This document shows positions 11,002-22,200 of a stretch of 64,000 nucleotides of DNA, in pieces (position 1 is the stretch's first letter; every line of letters starts with the position of its first letter). The notes under the pieces were generated by a model. That model was not told where the DNA came from and did not search any database. It saw only the letters and a list, made by a program, of their open reading frames with translations. The DNA is from a virus. Lineage: Duplodnaviria; Caudoviricetes. The translations under genes were made by a program, and so were the position numbers. The DNA is taken from IMG/VR virus record IMGVR_UViG_3300033073_001153, positions 32,001-96,000 of that record; one strand, written 5' to 3'.

Positions 11002-11847
11002 ATGAAAGATTTAATATTATATAATGAATATCATAATGGAGATTTATTTTATTCTAGAATTTTATTAAACATGTTGCCTAAAGAGACGAATATAAAATAT
11101 TTTCATAATTGTAAGTCTTCTCTTTTTTGTGATTTAATTAATGTAGAAGAGATTAATATTTCTCATATAAACAATTTTAAAAATATAAATAATTTTCCTG
11201 TTATAAACACTTGGATAGGTCAAAATAATATGATCTATATAAATTCTATAAATACGGGGTGTAGTTATGAAAATCATTTTTTTCTAGCTAAAAAGTTAAC
11301 AAATAGTTTAGGAATCCAAGTAGATGATGACATGGATAAATATATTCCTGATATAAATTATCATCTTCTTCCTAATATTGATAATATTAAAACTAAATTA
11401 AATGATTTAAAAACAAAATTTAAAAAATTTGTTTTAATTTCAAACGGAGATGTACATTCTGGACAAGCTACCAATTTTGATTTTTCGCCTATTGTAAATA
11501 TCTTGGCAAATTTATATCCTGATGTATTGTTCTTTGTTACTAAAGATATATTAACATATAATATCAATATTTTGAATACTTCTAAAATTACCGAAGTAAT
11601 TCCAGATTTATTGCAAATTAGCTATATATCTAATTTTTGTGATGTTATAATTGGTAGAGCATCTGGTCCTTTTTGTTTTTGCCATACAAAAGAAAATCTT
11701 TTAAATAAAAATAAAGTATTTGTTTCTTTTTCTAAAAATAAATATGAAGGGATTTTTTATCAAAATCAAAAATCCAAATATATATGGCATAATAATTATG
11801 ACAAAGACAATATTTTAAATTTAATTAAAGATTCAAAAATTTTATGA
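11002..11847 (+). CDS. Hypothetical, GT-B glycosyltransferase-like
   Basis: HNGDLF and CDVIIGRASGP resemble GT9 motifs; cluster context. Confidence 0.5.
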   Translation: MKDLILYNEYHNGDLFYSRILLNMLPKETNIKYFHNCKSSLFCDLINVEEINISHINNFKNINNFPVINTWIGQNNMIYINSINTGCSYENHFFLAKKLTNSLGIQVDDDMDKYIPDINYHLLPNIDNIKTKLNDLKTKFKKFVLISNGDVHSGQATNFDFSPIVNILANLYPDVLFFVTKDILTYNINILNTSKITEVIPDLLQISYISNFCDVIIGRASGPFCFCHTKENLLNKNKVFVSFSKNKYEGIFYQNQKSKYIWHNNYDKDNILNLIKDSKIL

Positions 11848-12191
11848 ACATTGGAGAAACAATCGAAAACATTATTTTAAATAAAACTAAAGAAATTTTA
11901 TCTCAAAGCAAGAAGGTGGAATTGCCAGAAGATTTAATCGAAACTGATAATCTAGGAGAAGTTATTGAAAAACTCTCTATATTACATTGTAGAATGTGGT
12001 ATCTTGAAGATGCTATTAGTGATGCAAAAAGTGATTCAGAAATTGCTGATCTTAAAAGAAAAATAGACATTTGTTTCAAAACTAAAAGACCAAAATATGT
12101 ACAAGCTATAAATCGAATGGTTGAAAACTGTATCGTTAGCAGCAAATCTCTGGTAGAAGATTCGGTAAAACACTATAAAGGATTTAATTAA
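11844..12191 (+). CDS. Small helical protein (DUF4254-like)
   Basis: LGEVIEKLSILHCRMWYLED pattern. Confidence 0.55.
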   Translation: MNIGETIENIILNKTKEILSQSKKVELPEDLIETDNLGEVIEKLSILHCRMWYLEDAISDAKSDSEIADLKRKIDICFKTKRPKYVQAINRMVENCIVSSKSLVEDSVKHYKGFN

Positions 12192-12979
12192 TGGATAACC
12201 TCATTATAGGAGATACTGCACAATTAAATTATTATTTTCCTAAAGATTATCTCAGAATTTCTTCTAGAAATATAGATTTTGATAATTTTAAAAATAATAA
12301 ATTTGATACTGTATATATTCTATTCGCAGAACAAAGAACCTTTTTAAAAGAAAATGAAGATTTTTTTATAGAAACAAATGTAACTTATACATTAAAAGTA
12401 GTAGATTTCTTTAAGAAAATTTGTAATAAAGTAGTATTGTATTCTACTTCTGAATTGTGGAATGATTACGAAGGAGAGATTGATATTAGTTTAAATTTTA
12501 AATACAATTATTCTCCTTATATTAAATCTAAAGAGGTTTTATCACAAAAAATAAACGAAAATAAGGACATTTATAAAAATGTTCACATTATTTATCCTTT
12601 TAATTTCAATTCTCCTTTTAGAAAAGAAGGATTTTTATTTTACAAAATATTTGATTCGGTTATTAATAAGAAAAAAGAAACAATAGGAGATGTAAACATG
12701 TTCAGAGATTTAGTGCATCCTTCTATAATCGTAAATGAATCTATATCCGCAAAAGAGGATAAATTGATAGGAACGGGAGAACTAATAAATGTTAAAAATT
12801 ATATAGAAGATATTTTTACGAAGAATAATCTAAATTTTTCAGATTACATAACTTCTAATAGTAATAAAAATTTATCTAATATTAGAAAAGAATATTACTC
12901 AAAAATAAAATATTCTTCATATTCCGAATTGTTAGATTTAACTATTAAGGATATTAGAAAAATCATTGAAAATGCATAG
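12191..12979 (+). CDS. Divergent NAD-dependent epimerase/reductase (SDR)
   Basis: STSE, YIKSK (YxxxK), RDLVH; glycine-rich loop degenerate. Confidence 0.6.
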   Translation: MDNLIIGDTAQLNYYFPKDYLRISSRNIDFDNFKNNKFDTVYILFAEQRTFLKENEDFFIETNVTYTLKVVDFFKKICNKVVLYSTSELWNDYEGEIDISLNFKYNYSPYIKSKEVLSQKINENKDIYKNVHIIYPFNFNSPFRKEGFLFYKIFDSVINKKKETIGDVNMFRDLVHPSIIVNESISAKEDKLIGTGELINVKNYIEDIFTKNNLNFSDYITSNSNKNLSNIRKEYYSKIKYSSYSELLDLTIKDIRKIIENA

Positions 12980-13001
12980 AATACTGTTATAATGGGTTTT
13001 T

Positions 13002-14042
13002 ATGAAAAAAGCACTCATTACTGGAATTACCGGACAAGATGGATCTTATCTTACTGAGCAACTTTTAGAAAAAGGTTATGAAGTTCATGGTATTATTCGC
13101 AGATCATCTTCATTTAATACTTCTAGAATTGATCACATATACAATAATACTTTGTATAGAAATGTTTTCAAACTTCATTATGGTGATGTTACAGATTCCA
13201 GTAACATTAATAGACTATTAGAAAAAATAGAACCAGATGAAATTTATAATTTAGCAGCACAAAGTCATGTTAAAGTATCTTTTGATATTCCAGAATATAC
13301 TGCACAAGTAGATGCTATTGGTACTTTAAGATTTTTAGATGCAATTAAAGAAGTGGGATTAAAAGATAAAACAAGATTTTATCAAGCATCTACATCTGAA
13401 TTATATGGAAAAGTTTTAGAAACTCCACAAAGTGAAACTACTCCTTTTTATCCTAGATCTCCATATGCAGTTGCTAAAATTTATGGATATTGGTGTGTAG
13501 TAAATTATAGAGAGGCATATGGAATTCATGCTTCTAATGGAATTTTATTTAATCACGAATCTCCAAGAAGAGGAGAAACATTTGTTACAAGAAAGATTAC
13601 TAGAGCAGTTGGTAGAATTAAAGAAGGATTGCAAGATTGTTTATATCTTGGTAATTTAGATTCAAAACGTGATTGGGGATATGCTCCTGAATATACTGAT
13701 ATGATGTGGAGAATATTACAGCATGATACTCCAGATGATTATGTATGTGCAACCGGAGAAACACACACGATTCGTGAATTTTGTATTAAGTCATTCAAAG
13801 AAGTCGGAATTGATTTAATTTTTGAAGGAAATGATGTCAATGAAATTGGAATAGATAATAAGACAGGAAAAACAATTTTACAAATTGATCCCAAATATTT
13901 TAGACCTACAGAAGTAGATCTTTTGTTGGGAAATCCAGCAAAGGCAAAACAAATTCTTGAATGGGAACCAAAGGTAAAGTTCGATGAATTGGTTAAAATT
14001 ATGACAAAAGCAGATTGGGAATTAGCTAGAAAAGAAAAATAA
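13002..14042 (+). CDS. gmd: GDP-mannose 4,6-dehydratase
   Basis: [49 protein letters not shown]. Confidence 0.97.
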   Translation: MKKALITGITGQDGSYLTEQLLEKGYEVHGIIRRSSSFNTSRIDHIYNNTLYRNVFKLHYGDVTDSSNINRLLEKIEPDEIYNLAAQSHVKVSFDIPEYTAQVDAIGTLRFLDAIKEVGLKDKTRFYQASTSELYGKVLETPQSETTPFYPRSPYAVAKIYGYWCVVNYREAYGIHASNGILFNHESPRRGETFVTRKITRAVGRIKEGLQDCLYLGNLDSKRDWGYAPEYTDMMWRILQHDTPDDYVCATGETHTIREFCIKSFKEVGIDLIFEGNDVNEIGIDNKTGKTILQIDPKYFRPTEVDLLLGNPAKAKQILEWEPKVKFDELVKIMTKADWELARKEK

Positions 14043-14044
14043 TT

Positions 14045-14668
14045 ATGAAAACTCTAACAGAAATAGGAAAATATTTTAATACAGACAAGGCTACTCATCA
14101 TAATTTTACTGATTTTTATGATACATATTTCAACAAATTAAGAAATGAAAAATTTAATATTTTAGAAATAGGAATTTGGAAAGGAGAGTCATTAAAAATG
14201 TGGAAAGAATATTTTCAAAATTCCCAAATTTATGGATTAGATATCAATAATCTAAAACATTTAGAAGAAGATAGAATTTTTATAGAACAAGCAGATCAAA
14301 CTGATATTCAAAGAATGAACACGGTTTTTCCTAATATTAAATTTGATATTATTATTGATGATGGTGGACATTCCATGTATCAACAACAATTGACATTAAT
14401 TGCTATGTTGCATAGATTAAAACGTGGAGGTTATTTTATTTTGGAAGATTTACACACTAGTTTAGAACCACATCCTTTTTATAATAATGATCCTTCTAAA
14501 AGAACTGCTTTGGAATTAATTGAAAACTTTAAAAATAAAAAAGAGGATTTTAATAATTTTTATATAAATTCGGAATATATAAAAACTATATATGATCAAA
14601 TAGAGTTTTGTGAAATTTATAAATATAATGAAGGTACAAGTATTAGCAGTATTCTTAAAAAAAAATAA
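14045..14668 (+). CDS. Class I SAM-dependent (sugar O-)methyltransferase
   Basis: TDK, LEIGI..G.SL.MW, DIIIDDGGH, ILEDL. Confidence 0.85.
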   Translation: MKTLTEIGKYFNTDKATHHNFTDFYDTYFNKLRNEKFNILEIGIWKGESLKMWKEYFQNSQIYGLDINNLKHLEEDRIFIEQADQTDIQRMNTVFPNIKFDIIIDDGGHSMYQQQLTLIAMLHRLKRGGYFILEDLHTSLEPHPFYNNDPSKRTALELIENFKNKKEDFNNFYINSEYIKTIYDQIEFCEIYKYNEGTSISSILKKK

Positions 14669-14688
14669 ATTTACAAACACAAAAATAA

Positions 14689-15066
14689 ATGGACGATACT
14701 ATTTTTAATTATATTGATTCTGTTCTTTTTAATAAGAAGAAACTAAATACCATCAATGAAGGCGAAACTCAATTCAATCTTTATATGCTTAATCGCTGGT
14801 GTTCTATGTATTCTTCCGATGTTGCTCAAATCATCAATGAGACATCGAACAAATACGGTAAATTATTTCAGACGAAGCAAGAGCAATACGAATTTTTATT
14901 AAACATGCTTCCTAGAGTTAAAAAGAAAAGAATTAATTACATTAAAAAAAATAAAGAAGAAGCAAAAAAAGAAGATAATGAATTAGGTTTAATAGCAAAA
15001 GCTATGGAAATTTCAAAAAGAGAAATAGAAGAAAATATTAAATTATTGGAAAAATTATGTTACTAA
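14689..15066 (+). CDS. Clamp loader small subunit (T4 gp62-like)
   Basis: Resembles T4-like gp62 (YMLNRWCSM..., QYEFLLN.LP.K.R). Confidence 0.6.
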   Translation: MDDTIFNYIDSVLFNKKKLNTINEGETQFNLYMLNRWCSMYSSDVAQIINETSNKYGKLFQTKQEQYEFLLNMLPRVKKKRINYIKKNKEEAKKEDNELGLIAKAMEISKREIEENIKLLEKLCY

Positions 15067-15104
15067 CTTTATTGATTTTTAAATAATTCATCTTAACTAT
15101 TTTT

Positions 15105-15524
15105 ATGGCTATAGAAGTACCTTCTCACATGGATAATGTTAAGCACAAAAAAGGAATGATCGATCTAGATGCAAATTCCGAAGGGTTTTTCGGACTAGAT
15201 GATTATAAACTTTCTTTTGTATTTGATGATATTGTTTTAGTTGAATTTGTTGATGAAATTGAAGATTCTAAGGGATCTGCGGTTATGCGTAATGGGTTGT
15301 ATGTTCCTACTAATGTTAATACCAAGGCATGGAGAAAGGCTAAAGTGGTATTGACTGGACCTAATGTAGCTTTTTGTAAGAAAGATGATATTGTAATTTT
15401 CCCTAATGATAAGGGCGTATCAGTTGCTAATTTAGATGTGGATGGCTACGGAAAGGTTAAGAAGGGTATGTTTTTAAACGAACAACGTATGTTCGGTATT
15501 GCCAAGAAGCAAAAGGGTAAATAA
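15105..15524 (+). CDS. GroES-like co-chaperonin
   Basis: DDIVLVE, GLYVP, AKVVLTGP, DIVIFP, FLNEQRMFG pattern. Confidence 0.7.
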   Translation: MAIEVPSHMDNVKHKKGMIDLDANSEGFFGLDDYKLSFVFDDIVLVEFVDEIEDSKGSAVMRNGLYVPTNVNTKAWRKAKVVLTGPNVAFCKKDDIVIFPNDKGVSVANLDVDGYGKVKKGMFLNEQRMFGIAKKQKGK

Positions 15525-15528
15525 TTAT

Positions 15529-16017
15529 GTGCAAAAAACTTCTCTTTTTTCTTTAGAAAACGATTTACGTAATAATTTGTGCGAAGTTTTCATAAAACGC
15601 CGCCGAATTTTACTTCGTGATCGTCCTGTCTTTAGAAGAATGTTGTGTACGAATTCAAACGAGTTGCTCCGTTCATTTCATGGAGCAACTCGTTTGCTTT
15701 TTAGAATACCTACAAATCCACCACCATTTGATGCTCGTAAATATAATTTAGTAACTACTTGGGACGTATTAATGCACGATCATCGAAATATAAATTTAGA
15801 CGATACTTATTTAATTCATAAATATGCTATAAATGAAAAAGATATTCGTGTATGGATGCGAGGTGGATATTTTACACATCCAATAAGTAATATGCGTATA
15901 AAAGTAGACACCAAAGACAATTTTATGGGAGGTCTTAATTTTATAAGAAAATATATATTAAACAATGTATATCTTACGATGTCAAACGAAGAAAGATATA
16001 GTTGGATGGATAATTAA
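15529..16017 (+). CDS. Hypothetical, WYL_2/SH3-like domain
   Basis: CEVF.KR...R.MLCT...LVTTWDV pattern; GTG start 5 nt after TAAATA (15518). Confidence 0.5.
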   Translation: MQKTSLFSLENDLRNNLCEVFIKRRRILLRDRPVFRRMLCTNSNELLRSFHGATRLLFRIPTNPPPFDARKYNLVTTWDVLMHDHRNINLDDTYLIHKYAINEKDIRVWMRGGYFTHPISNMRIKVDTKDNFMGGLNFIRKYILNNVYLTMSNEERYSWMDN

Positions 16018-16060
16018 ATTATTCTCTTGATCATTATTATTATCTTCATAAATATACCAA

Positions 16061-16417
16061 ATGGATAATATTGATAGTAATTTTAATTATTTTTTACAAA
16101 GAGATGTAGTATTTTCGATGGACAATAAAATAATTAAAGAAGGCAAATTAATTCTATTTTCTCAAAAAGATTATTATCTAATTTTTCATCTGAAAAATAG
16201 TAACGGAGAACACAAAAAGTACGAATTGCCTTATCCATTTAATATAGAAAGAAAAGACAATTATTTGAAATTTGATTATAAGATAGAATCTATTTCTAAA
16301 AATGATTCTGAGCTTTATTATAGATTATTATCTTTAAACAAGAAACAAGTTTCTAGATTTTTCAACAACAAAATTTTGATGTTCGAGAAAAATTGTCTTG
16401 ATCTTTCGGTTGTGTAA
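16061..16417 (+). CDS. Hypothetical protein
   Basis: ORF with TAAATA box upstream. Confidence 0.6.
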   Translation: MDNIDSNFNYFLQRDVVFSMDNKIIKEGKLILFSQKDYYLIFHLKNSNGEHKKYELPYPFNIERKDNYLKFDYKIESISKNDSELYYRLLSLNKKQVSRFFNNKILMFEKNCLDLSVV

Positions 16418-16429
16418 AAGTAGTATGGT

Positions 16430-18067
16430 GTGATGCCATTGTTAGATTATTTTCCGTATGAAGGTGGAAAATTTGAACCTTCAAAAGAACAGACTCATTT
16501 AATTAAAAGTATAGACGATGCTTTTAAAAGTGGTTATAAGTTTGTTATTTGCTGTGCTCCTACAGGAAGTGGAAAATCTTTTTTATCTAAAACTCTTGCA
16601 AACTTTTCTAAAGAAGTCACTGATAAATTCAGAAATTTAATAGAATCATATAATGCTTTCAGAGCTGACCAATATGGTGATTATTTCAAAGCAGATGAAT
16701 GTAGAGACGAACCTGCATTTGGATCTTTCGCTTTAACTATCACAAAAGGTTTACAAGATCAATACACAAATAGTTTCGAAGATGCATTTTCTTTAAAAGG
16801 AAAAAGTAGTTATATTTGTAGAGTTGATCCTAGTTGTGATGTAGAAGTCGCTCCCTGTCTTTTTAATTCTAAATTGAAAGAAGGTTGTATTCTAAATTCT
16901 CGTTGTGATTATTATAATGATAGAAAGAATACGTTAATCAATAAATTTGGTATTCTTAATTATAGTATGTTTCTTTCTCTTCCTGATCATGTAAAAAGAA
17001 GAGAATATATTATATGTGACGAAGCTTCTGAATTAGAAGATGAATTAGTAAAACGTTTTAGCAGAAATTTGAATTATAAAATTCTAAAAAGATTAGGATT
17101 CAAACCGCAAGATGTACCTGTAGAAAATTATAAAAAATTTAGAATCTGGCTAGAAAGTCTTAAAATTAATCTTGGAAATGAAGTAGAAGAATTAAAAAAA
17201 TTACTAAACAAAAAGAAAAAAAGTACATTTATAGATTCTGATGTTCAGAGATATAAACTTTTTAGTAATTTACATTCTCAAATTAAAGTAACTTTAGACA
17301 CTTGGGAAGAATGTGAATATGTTATTGAACATAATTTAGAAGGAGTAACATTAAAACCATTACGAGTCGAAAAACTATCAGATAGTATTTTTAGATTTGG
17401 TGATAAAGTATTGTTAATGTCTGCCACTATTATTGATCATGCTAATTTTGCTAAAACATTGGGGATCAAAAAATACAAATACATCGAAGTAGATTCTGCA
17501 TTCGAACCTAAGAATGCACCAATTTATGTAAAAGTAGGTGACAAGATTAATTTCAAAAATTTAAAAGAAAAACTTCCTAAATTGTGTGAAAATACTTTAA
17601 AAATATGCGAATTGCATAAACACCAAAAGGGAATCATCCATACTCATACTATGGAAATCACTCAATATTTAAAAGATCGCACAAATGACCCTAGATTTCT
17701 TTTTAGAATAGATGGACAAAATAACGAATCTATTATTAAACAACACATAGAATCAAAAGAACCTACGGTATTGGTTAGTCCTTCTATGGCATTTGGGGTG
17801 GATTTAAAAGAAGATCTGGCTAGATTTCAAATTTTAATGAAAGCTGCATATATGCCATTAAATGACGAAAGAATTAAAAGACTCTTTAAAGAAGATCCTG
17901 AATGGTACGTTAATAAAATGCTTAACAACTTAATTCAGGCTTGTGGTAGAGGAGTGAGAACAAAGAATGACAAATGTATTACGTACATATTAGATGGTAC
18001 GATCACAGATGCAGTGATACGATCAGCAAGGAAACTTCCACAGTATTTCCTTTCTCGTTTTGTTTAA
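16430..18067 (+). CDS. DinG/Rad3-like SF2 helicase
   Basis: Q motif, APTGSGKS, Cys cluster, DEAS, MSAT, GVDL, QACGRGVR. Confidence 0.88.
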   Translation: MMPLLDYFPYEGGKFEPSKEQTHLIKSIDDAFKSGYKFVICCAPTGSGKSFLSKTLANFSKEVTDKFRNLIESYNAFRADQYGDYFKADECRDEPAFGSFALTITKGLQDQYTNSFEDAFSLKGKSSYICRVDPSCDVEVAPCLFNSKLKEGCILNSRCDYYNDRKNTLINKFGILNYSMFLSLPDHVKRREYIICDEASELEDELVKRFSRNLNYKILKRLGFKPQDVPVENYKKFRIWLESLKINLGNEVEELKKLLNKKKKSTFIDSDVQRYKLFSNLHSQIKVTLDTWEECEYVIEHNLEGVTLKPLRVEKLSDSIFRFGDKVLLMSATIIDHANFAKTLGIKKYKYIEVDSAFEPKNAPIYVKVGDKINFKNLKEKLPKLCENTLKICELHKHQKGIIHTHTMEITQYLKDRTNDPRFLFRIDGQNNESIIKQHIESKEPTVLVSPSMAFGVDLKEDLARFQILMKAAYMPLNDERIKRLFKEDPEWYVNKMLNNLIQACGRGVRTKNDKCITYILDGTITDAVIRSARKLPQYFLSRFV

Positions 18068-18099
18068 CTTGTTACACTTTCTCTAAATAATAGAGAAAG

Positions 18100-19224
18100 A
18101 TGTTTAATAAAGGATTTTATTTCGAAATACATGATCTATTGGTGCAATTTGTCGCAGCAATGGACGATGTTATTATTTCTAGATATGATAAAAATCGTGA
18201 AGAAAAAGAACAAATAAAAGTTCGATATGTACATGCTCCTGTACAACGTGTTCTTTTAGATATAATAAATAAATCTCAGAATATAACTGTTCCTGTAATA
18301 GCAGTAAATATTACTTCTATTGATAGAGACGAAAGCCGGGTTTTTAATAAAATAGAAGGATTTTATAACTCAGCAACACGGGGAGTAAATAGAACTACTC
18401 CAAGAGTACCAATGCCAATTCCAGTTAATCTTGGTGTTGCTGTGACTATATTAACGAATTATCAGAGTGACATGGATCAGATTCTTTCGAATTTTGTTCC
18501 ATATTCTAATCCTTATTTGATAATTTCTTGGAAAATTCCTTTTGAGTTTGGTTTACCGGAATTATCAGAAATACGTTCAGAAGTATTATGGAGTGGTTCT
18601 ATTTCAGTAGAACAACCAGTTGAATTACAATCCACCGATAAACCTAGATTTCAATCTTCAACAAATTTTACTATAAAAGGTTGGTTATTTCCTGCCGCTG
18701 CTAAAGATACCACTAAAACCATTTATTTCATAGATTCGAATTTTCACTTAACAAATAGAATTAAATTAGATTATGATTTAGTTCCTACATTAAGTTCAGA
18801 TTTAAAAGAAATGGATACTATATCTATTTCAGCAGCACCATTGTTGACAAATATATATTTATTAAACAATAATGGATCGTATCCTGTAGAATTAGTAGGA
18901 AATTCTCAAATAATAAAAACAAAAAATCAAGAACTATCATTCAACATATTAGGAGAAATGCTTCAATATACCACTTCTATATTGATAAGCACTAATGAAT
19001 CTAATATGTATCAAAATTTGACTTCTTTTAATTTTGAATATTATCCTTCATTAAGTGGATTTGTTGTTCCTAGTTCTTATTATACTATAATGGGAGAAAA
19101 TGTAATTCATTTAACACTTCCGCCTTTATCCGCACAAGGAAATTTGAGTATTGCAGTTGTTAATCCAATCGGCTGGAAAGACACAAATTCTATAAATACA
19201 TTCTTAAACTATATTTCTGCATAG
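18100..19224 (+). CDS. Tail sheath stabiliser/terminator (T4 gp15-like)
   Basis: N-terminal region matches gp15 (QF...DDVII.R, IKV.Y..AP, P.PVNL, QIL..F.P, FTIKGWLFP). Confidence 0.75.
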   Translation: MFNKGFYFEIHDLLVQFVAAMDDVIISRYDKNREEKEQIKVRYVHAPVQRVLLDIINKSQNITVPVIAVNITSIDRDESRVFNKIEGFYNSATRGVNRTTPRVPMPIPVNLGVAVTILTNYQSDMDQILSNFVPYSNPYLIISWKIPFEFGLPELSEIRSEVLWSGSISVEQPVELQSTDKPRFQSSTNFTIKGWLFPAAAKDTTKTIYFIDSNFHLTNRIKLDYDLVPTLSSDLKEMDTISISAAPLLTNIYLLNNNGSYPVELVGNSQIIKTKNQELSFNILGEMLQYTTSILISTNESNMYQNLTSFNFEYYPSLSGFVVPSSYYTIMGENVIHLTLPPLSAQGNLSIAVVNPIGWKDTNSINTFLNYISA

Positions 19225-19242
19225 TACAGAGTAAATAGATTC

Positions 19243-22200
19243 ATGGCAGAAATTAATGGATCTACATCCTTTAGACAAGAATTGATGAATTATATTTCAT
19301 CTAAACTTCCGTATTCAGGAATTGATACCACTCAAATGGTTCAAAATTTAAATCCAAAGTATCGTTACTTCGAAGATACTGGAATGAAACGAGCAGAAGT
19401 TCTGTCACGTCATTCGGTTTCGCAAAATTTTGATTTTAATAACGAAACAGTAGGAACTGTATCATCAGATAAAAGATACAGTGAAGTGATGTATGCCAAC
19501 ATCCAAAAGGATAAATTGGCTCGTGTTAAAGATTATCGAATTATGGCAGCTTTCTCAGAAGTTGCAAACGCACTAGATGAAATTTGTGATGAAGTTATTA
19601 ATACAGATTCTCATACAAGTAGTTGTTTAAAATTAAAATACAGAAATATAAATCTTTCGGATTTCCAAAAAGAAACCATCGAAAAAGAGTTTTATAAATA
19701 TACAAATTACTTTGATTTTGAACACAAAGGCTGGAGTTATTTTCGTCAGTTATTAGTAGAAGGAGAGATTTATTGGGAACATATTATTCATAAAGATTAT
19801 GTAGAAGAAGGAGTTTTAGGTGTTGTTCAAGTTCCTACTGAATTAATTGATCCAGTATTTTCTAATGTTCAAAATGTAATGGTTAAAGGATATTTGTATC
19901 GTAAGCCTAAATTTGATCCGAATAATCCATTAAAACAAGTTGGTATTGATTATATCCCAATGGATAAGAATCAAATTACTTATGTACATTCAGATGTATG
20001 GAATGAAAGTAAAACGATGCGTCTTCCATTTTTGGAAAATGCTCGTAGAGCTTATCGTCAGTTGTCGATGATTGAAGATTCGATCATCATTTATCGCTTG
20101 GCTCGTGCTCCAGAACGTTTAGTGTTTAATGTTGACGTTGGTAATATGCCAGCACCAAAAGCAGAAGCATACCTTCGAAAATTAATTACAAATTATTGGT
20201 CTTCTAAAACATATGATCCAGATCAAGCTGGTATTGTACAAAAATTTAAGCCACAATCAATTCTAGATAACTTTTGGTTTGCAAAACGTGCAGGATCAGA
20301 AGGAACAAGTGTAACACAATTGGCTGGGGCATGTTTAGCTATGGATACTAAAGTTCCATTATTGGACGGGAGAACTTTAACTATAAGCGAAATTGAGCAA
20401 GAAATTAAAGAAAATAAGAAGATTTGGGTATACAGCACAAATCCAAAAACGGGTCACGTAGCTCCCGGTTTAGTTACTTGGGCTGGCGTTACTCAAGAAG
20501 AAGCTGAAGTGTATAAACTTACTTTTGATAATGGAAAAGAATTAATTTGTACTCCTGATCACAAATTCCCAATTTTAGGAAAAGGATTTGTAGAAGCAAA
20601 AGATCTAGAAATAGGCGAGAGTATGATACCTTTTTACACTAAGAACGAAAAAATTAGTAAAAAAGCGAATGAATATGAAATGGTATATCAAAATGATACC
20701 AAAACTTGGGAATATACCCACAGAATGGTAGCTAATTTCTTCAAAAATGTTAATGAACATGAGGAAATGACATATTCCGAAAAATATGAGAATCATAAAA
20801 AAACTGTGATTCATCATAAAGATTTCAATCGTTTTAATAATAATCCCGAAAATCTTGCCTATATGAACTTCAAAGATCATATGGCCTATCATATTGGGAA
20901 TGGAGAACATACTAAAATAGTATGGGCGAAGAGAACTGAAGAAGAACGAAGAATTATAGGAGAGAAGCAATCCAATGGAATTAAGGAATATTTCTCTTCA
21001 TTATCTGATCAAGAAAGAGAACACAGAGCAAATATTTCCAGAGAAAATGGAAAATTGGGTCCAATTGCTTTAGGAGAAAAGCTAAAAGATTCTGAATTTA
21101 GAAAAGAATATGGATCAAAGATAAGCAAATCTAATAAAAAAAGATTTGCGGATATGAATCAAGAAGAAAAAAATTCTTATTTTTATAATAGTTATGTAAA
21201 AAACTTACAAAGTGAAAAATATGTAAATAATTTAAAAAAGTTGACAGAAACACAATCTTTGATTTTTGATGATAAAATTTTAAAATTTGTTATTGATCAA
21301 GTTAGTGGAAAAACTACTCACGAAGTAACTAAAGAAGATTTGTGTGATATTATCAACAATAATCCAGAAATTCTTGGTCATTTCTTGAAGTTGAATGAAG
21401 GGAGACATATTAGAAATTGGTGCGGCACTAAGATTTCAGTTACCCATTTTTCACCAATGGTCAAGAGCTTCGGATACAAAACATGGAAACAATTCCGTAA
21501 AGAATGTGAACTATTCAACCATCGTTTAGTTAGTGTTGAAAAACTTCCAAATAAGATTCAAGTAGGTACATTGACGATTGATAACGAAGAAAAATATCAT
21601 GATTATCATACGTTTGCCCTTGATTGTGGGGTATTTACGAAAAATTCGAACCTTGGAGAGCTTAGTGATTTAATGTACTTCGTTAAGAAACTTTATCAAT
21701 CTTTGAAAGTTCCTACTACTCGTTTAGATCCACAAGATGCTTTTCGTGATGGAGCTGACATGCTTCGTGAAGAATTAAAATTTGCACGTTTTATTATTCG
21801 TTTACAAAATATTTTTGCGAGTGGATTAAAGAATGGATTTATTACACATTTACAATTAAAAGGAATGTGGAAAGAATATGAATTAAAAGAAGAGACAATT
21901 CATATTGAATTTAATGTTCCTACAAACTTTTACGAATTGAGAGAAAGTCAAAAGCTAGAACTTAAAGTACAAAACTTTGGTTCGTTAGCATCTAATGAAT
22001 CTATTTCTCCGTCTTTTGCACAAAAGAGATATCTAGGATGGACTGATATTGATATTAAAGCTAATCGTGAATTCTTACGAAAAGATAAAGAATTGCGTTG
22101 GGAGTTGACTCAGATTGAAAATATGGGTCCAAACTGGAAACAAGCCGTAGCTGCTCAAGCAGAAGCAGGAGGTGCCCCCGGTGGTGGAGGAGCACCTCCA

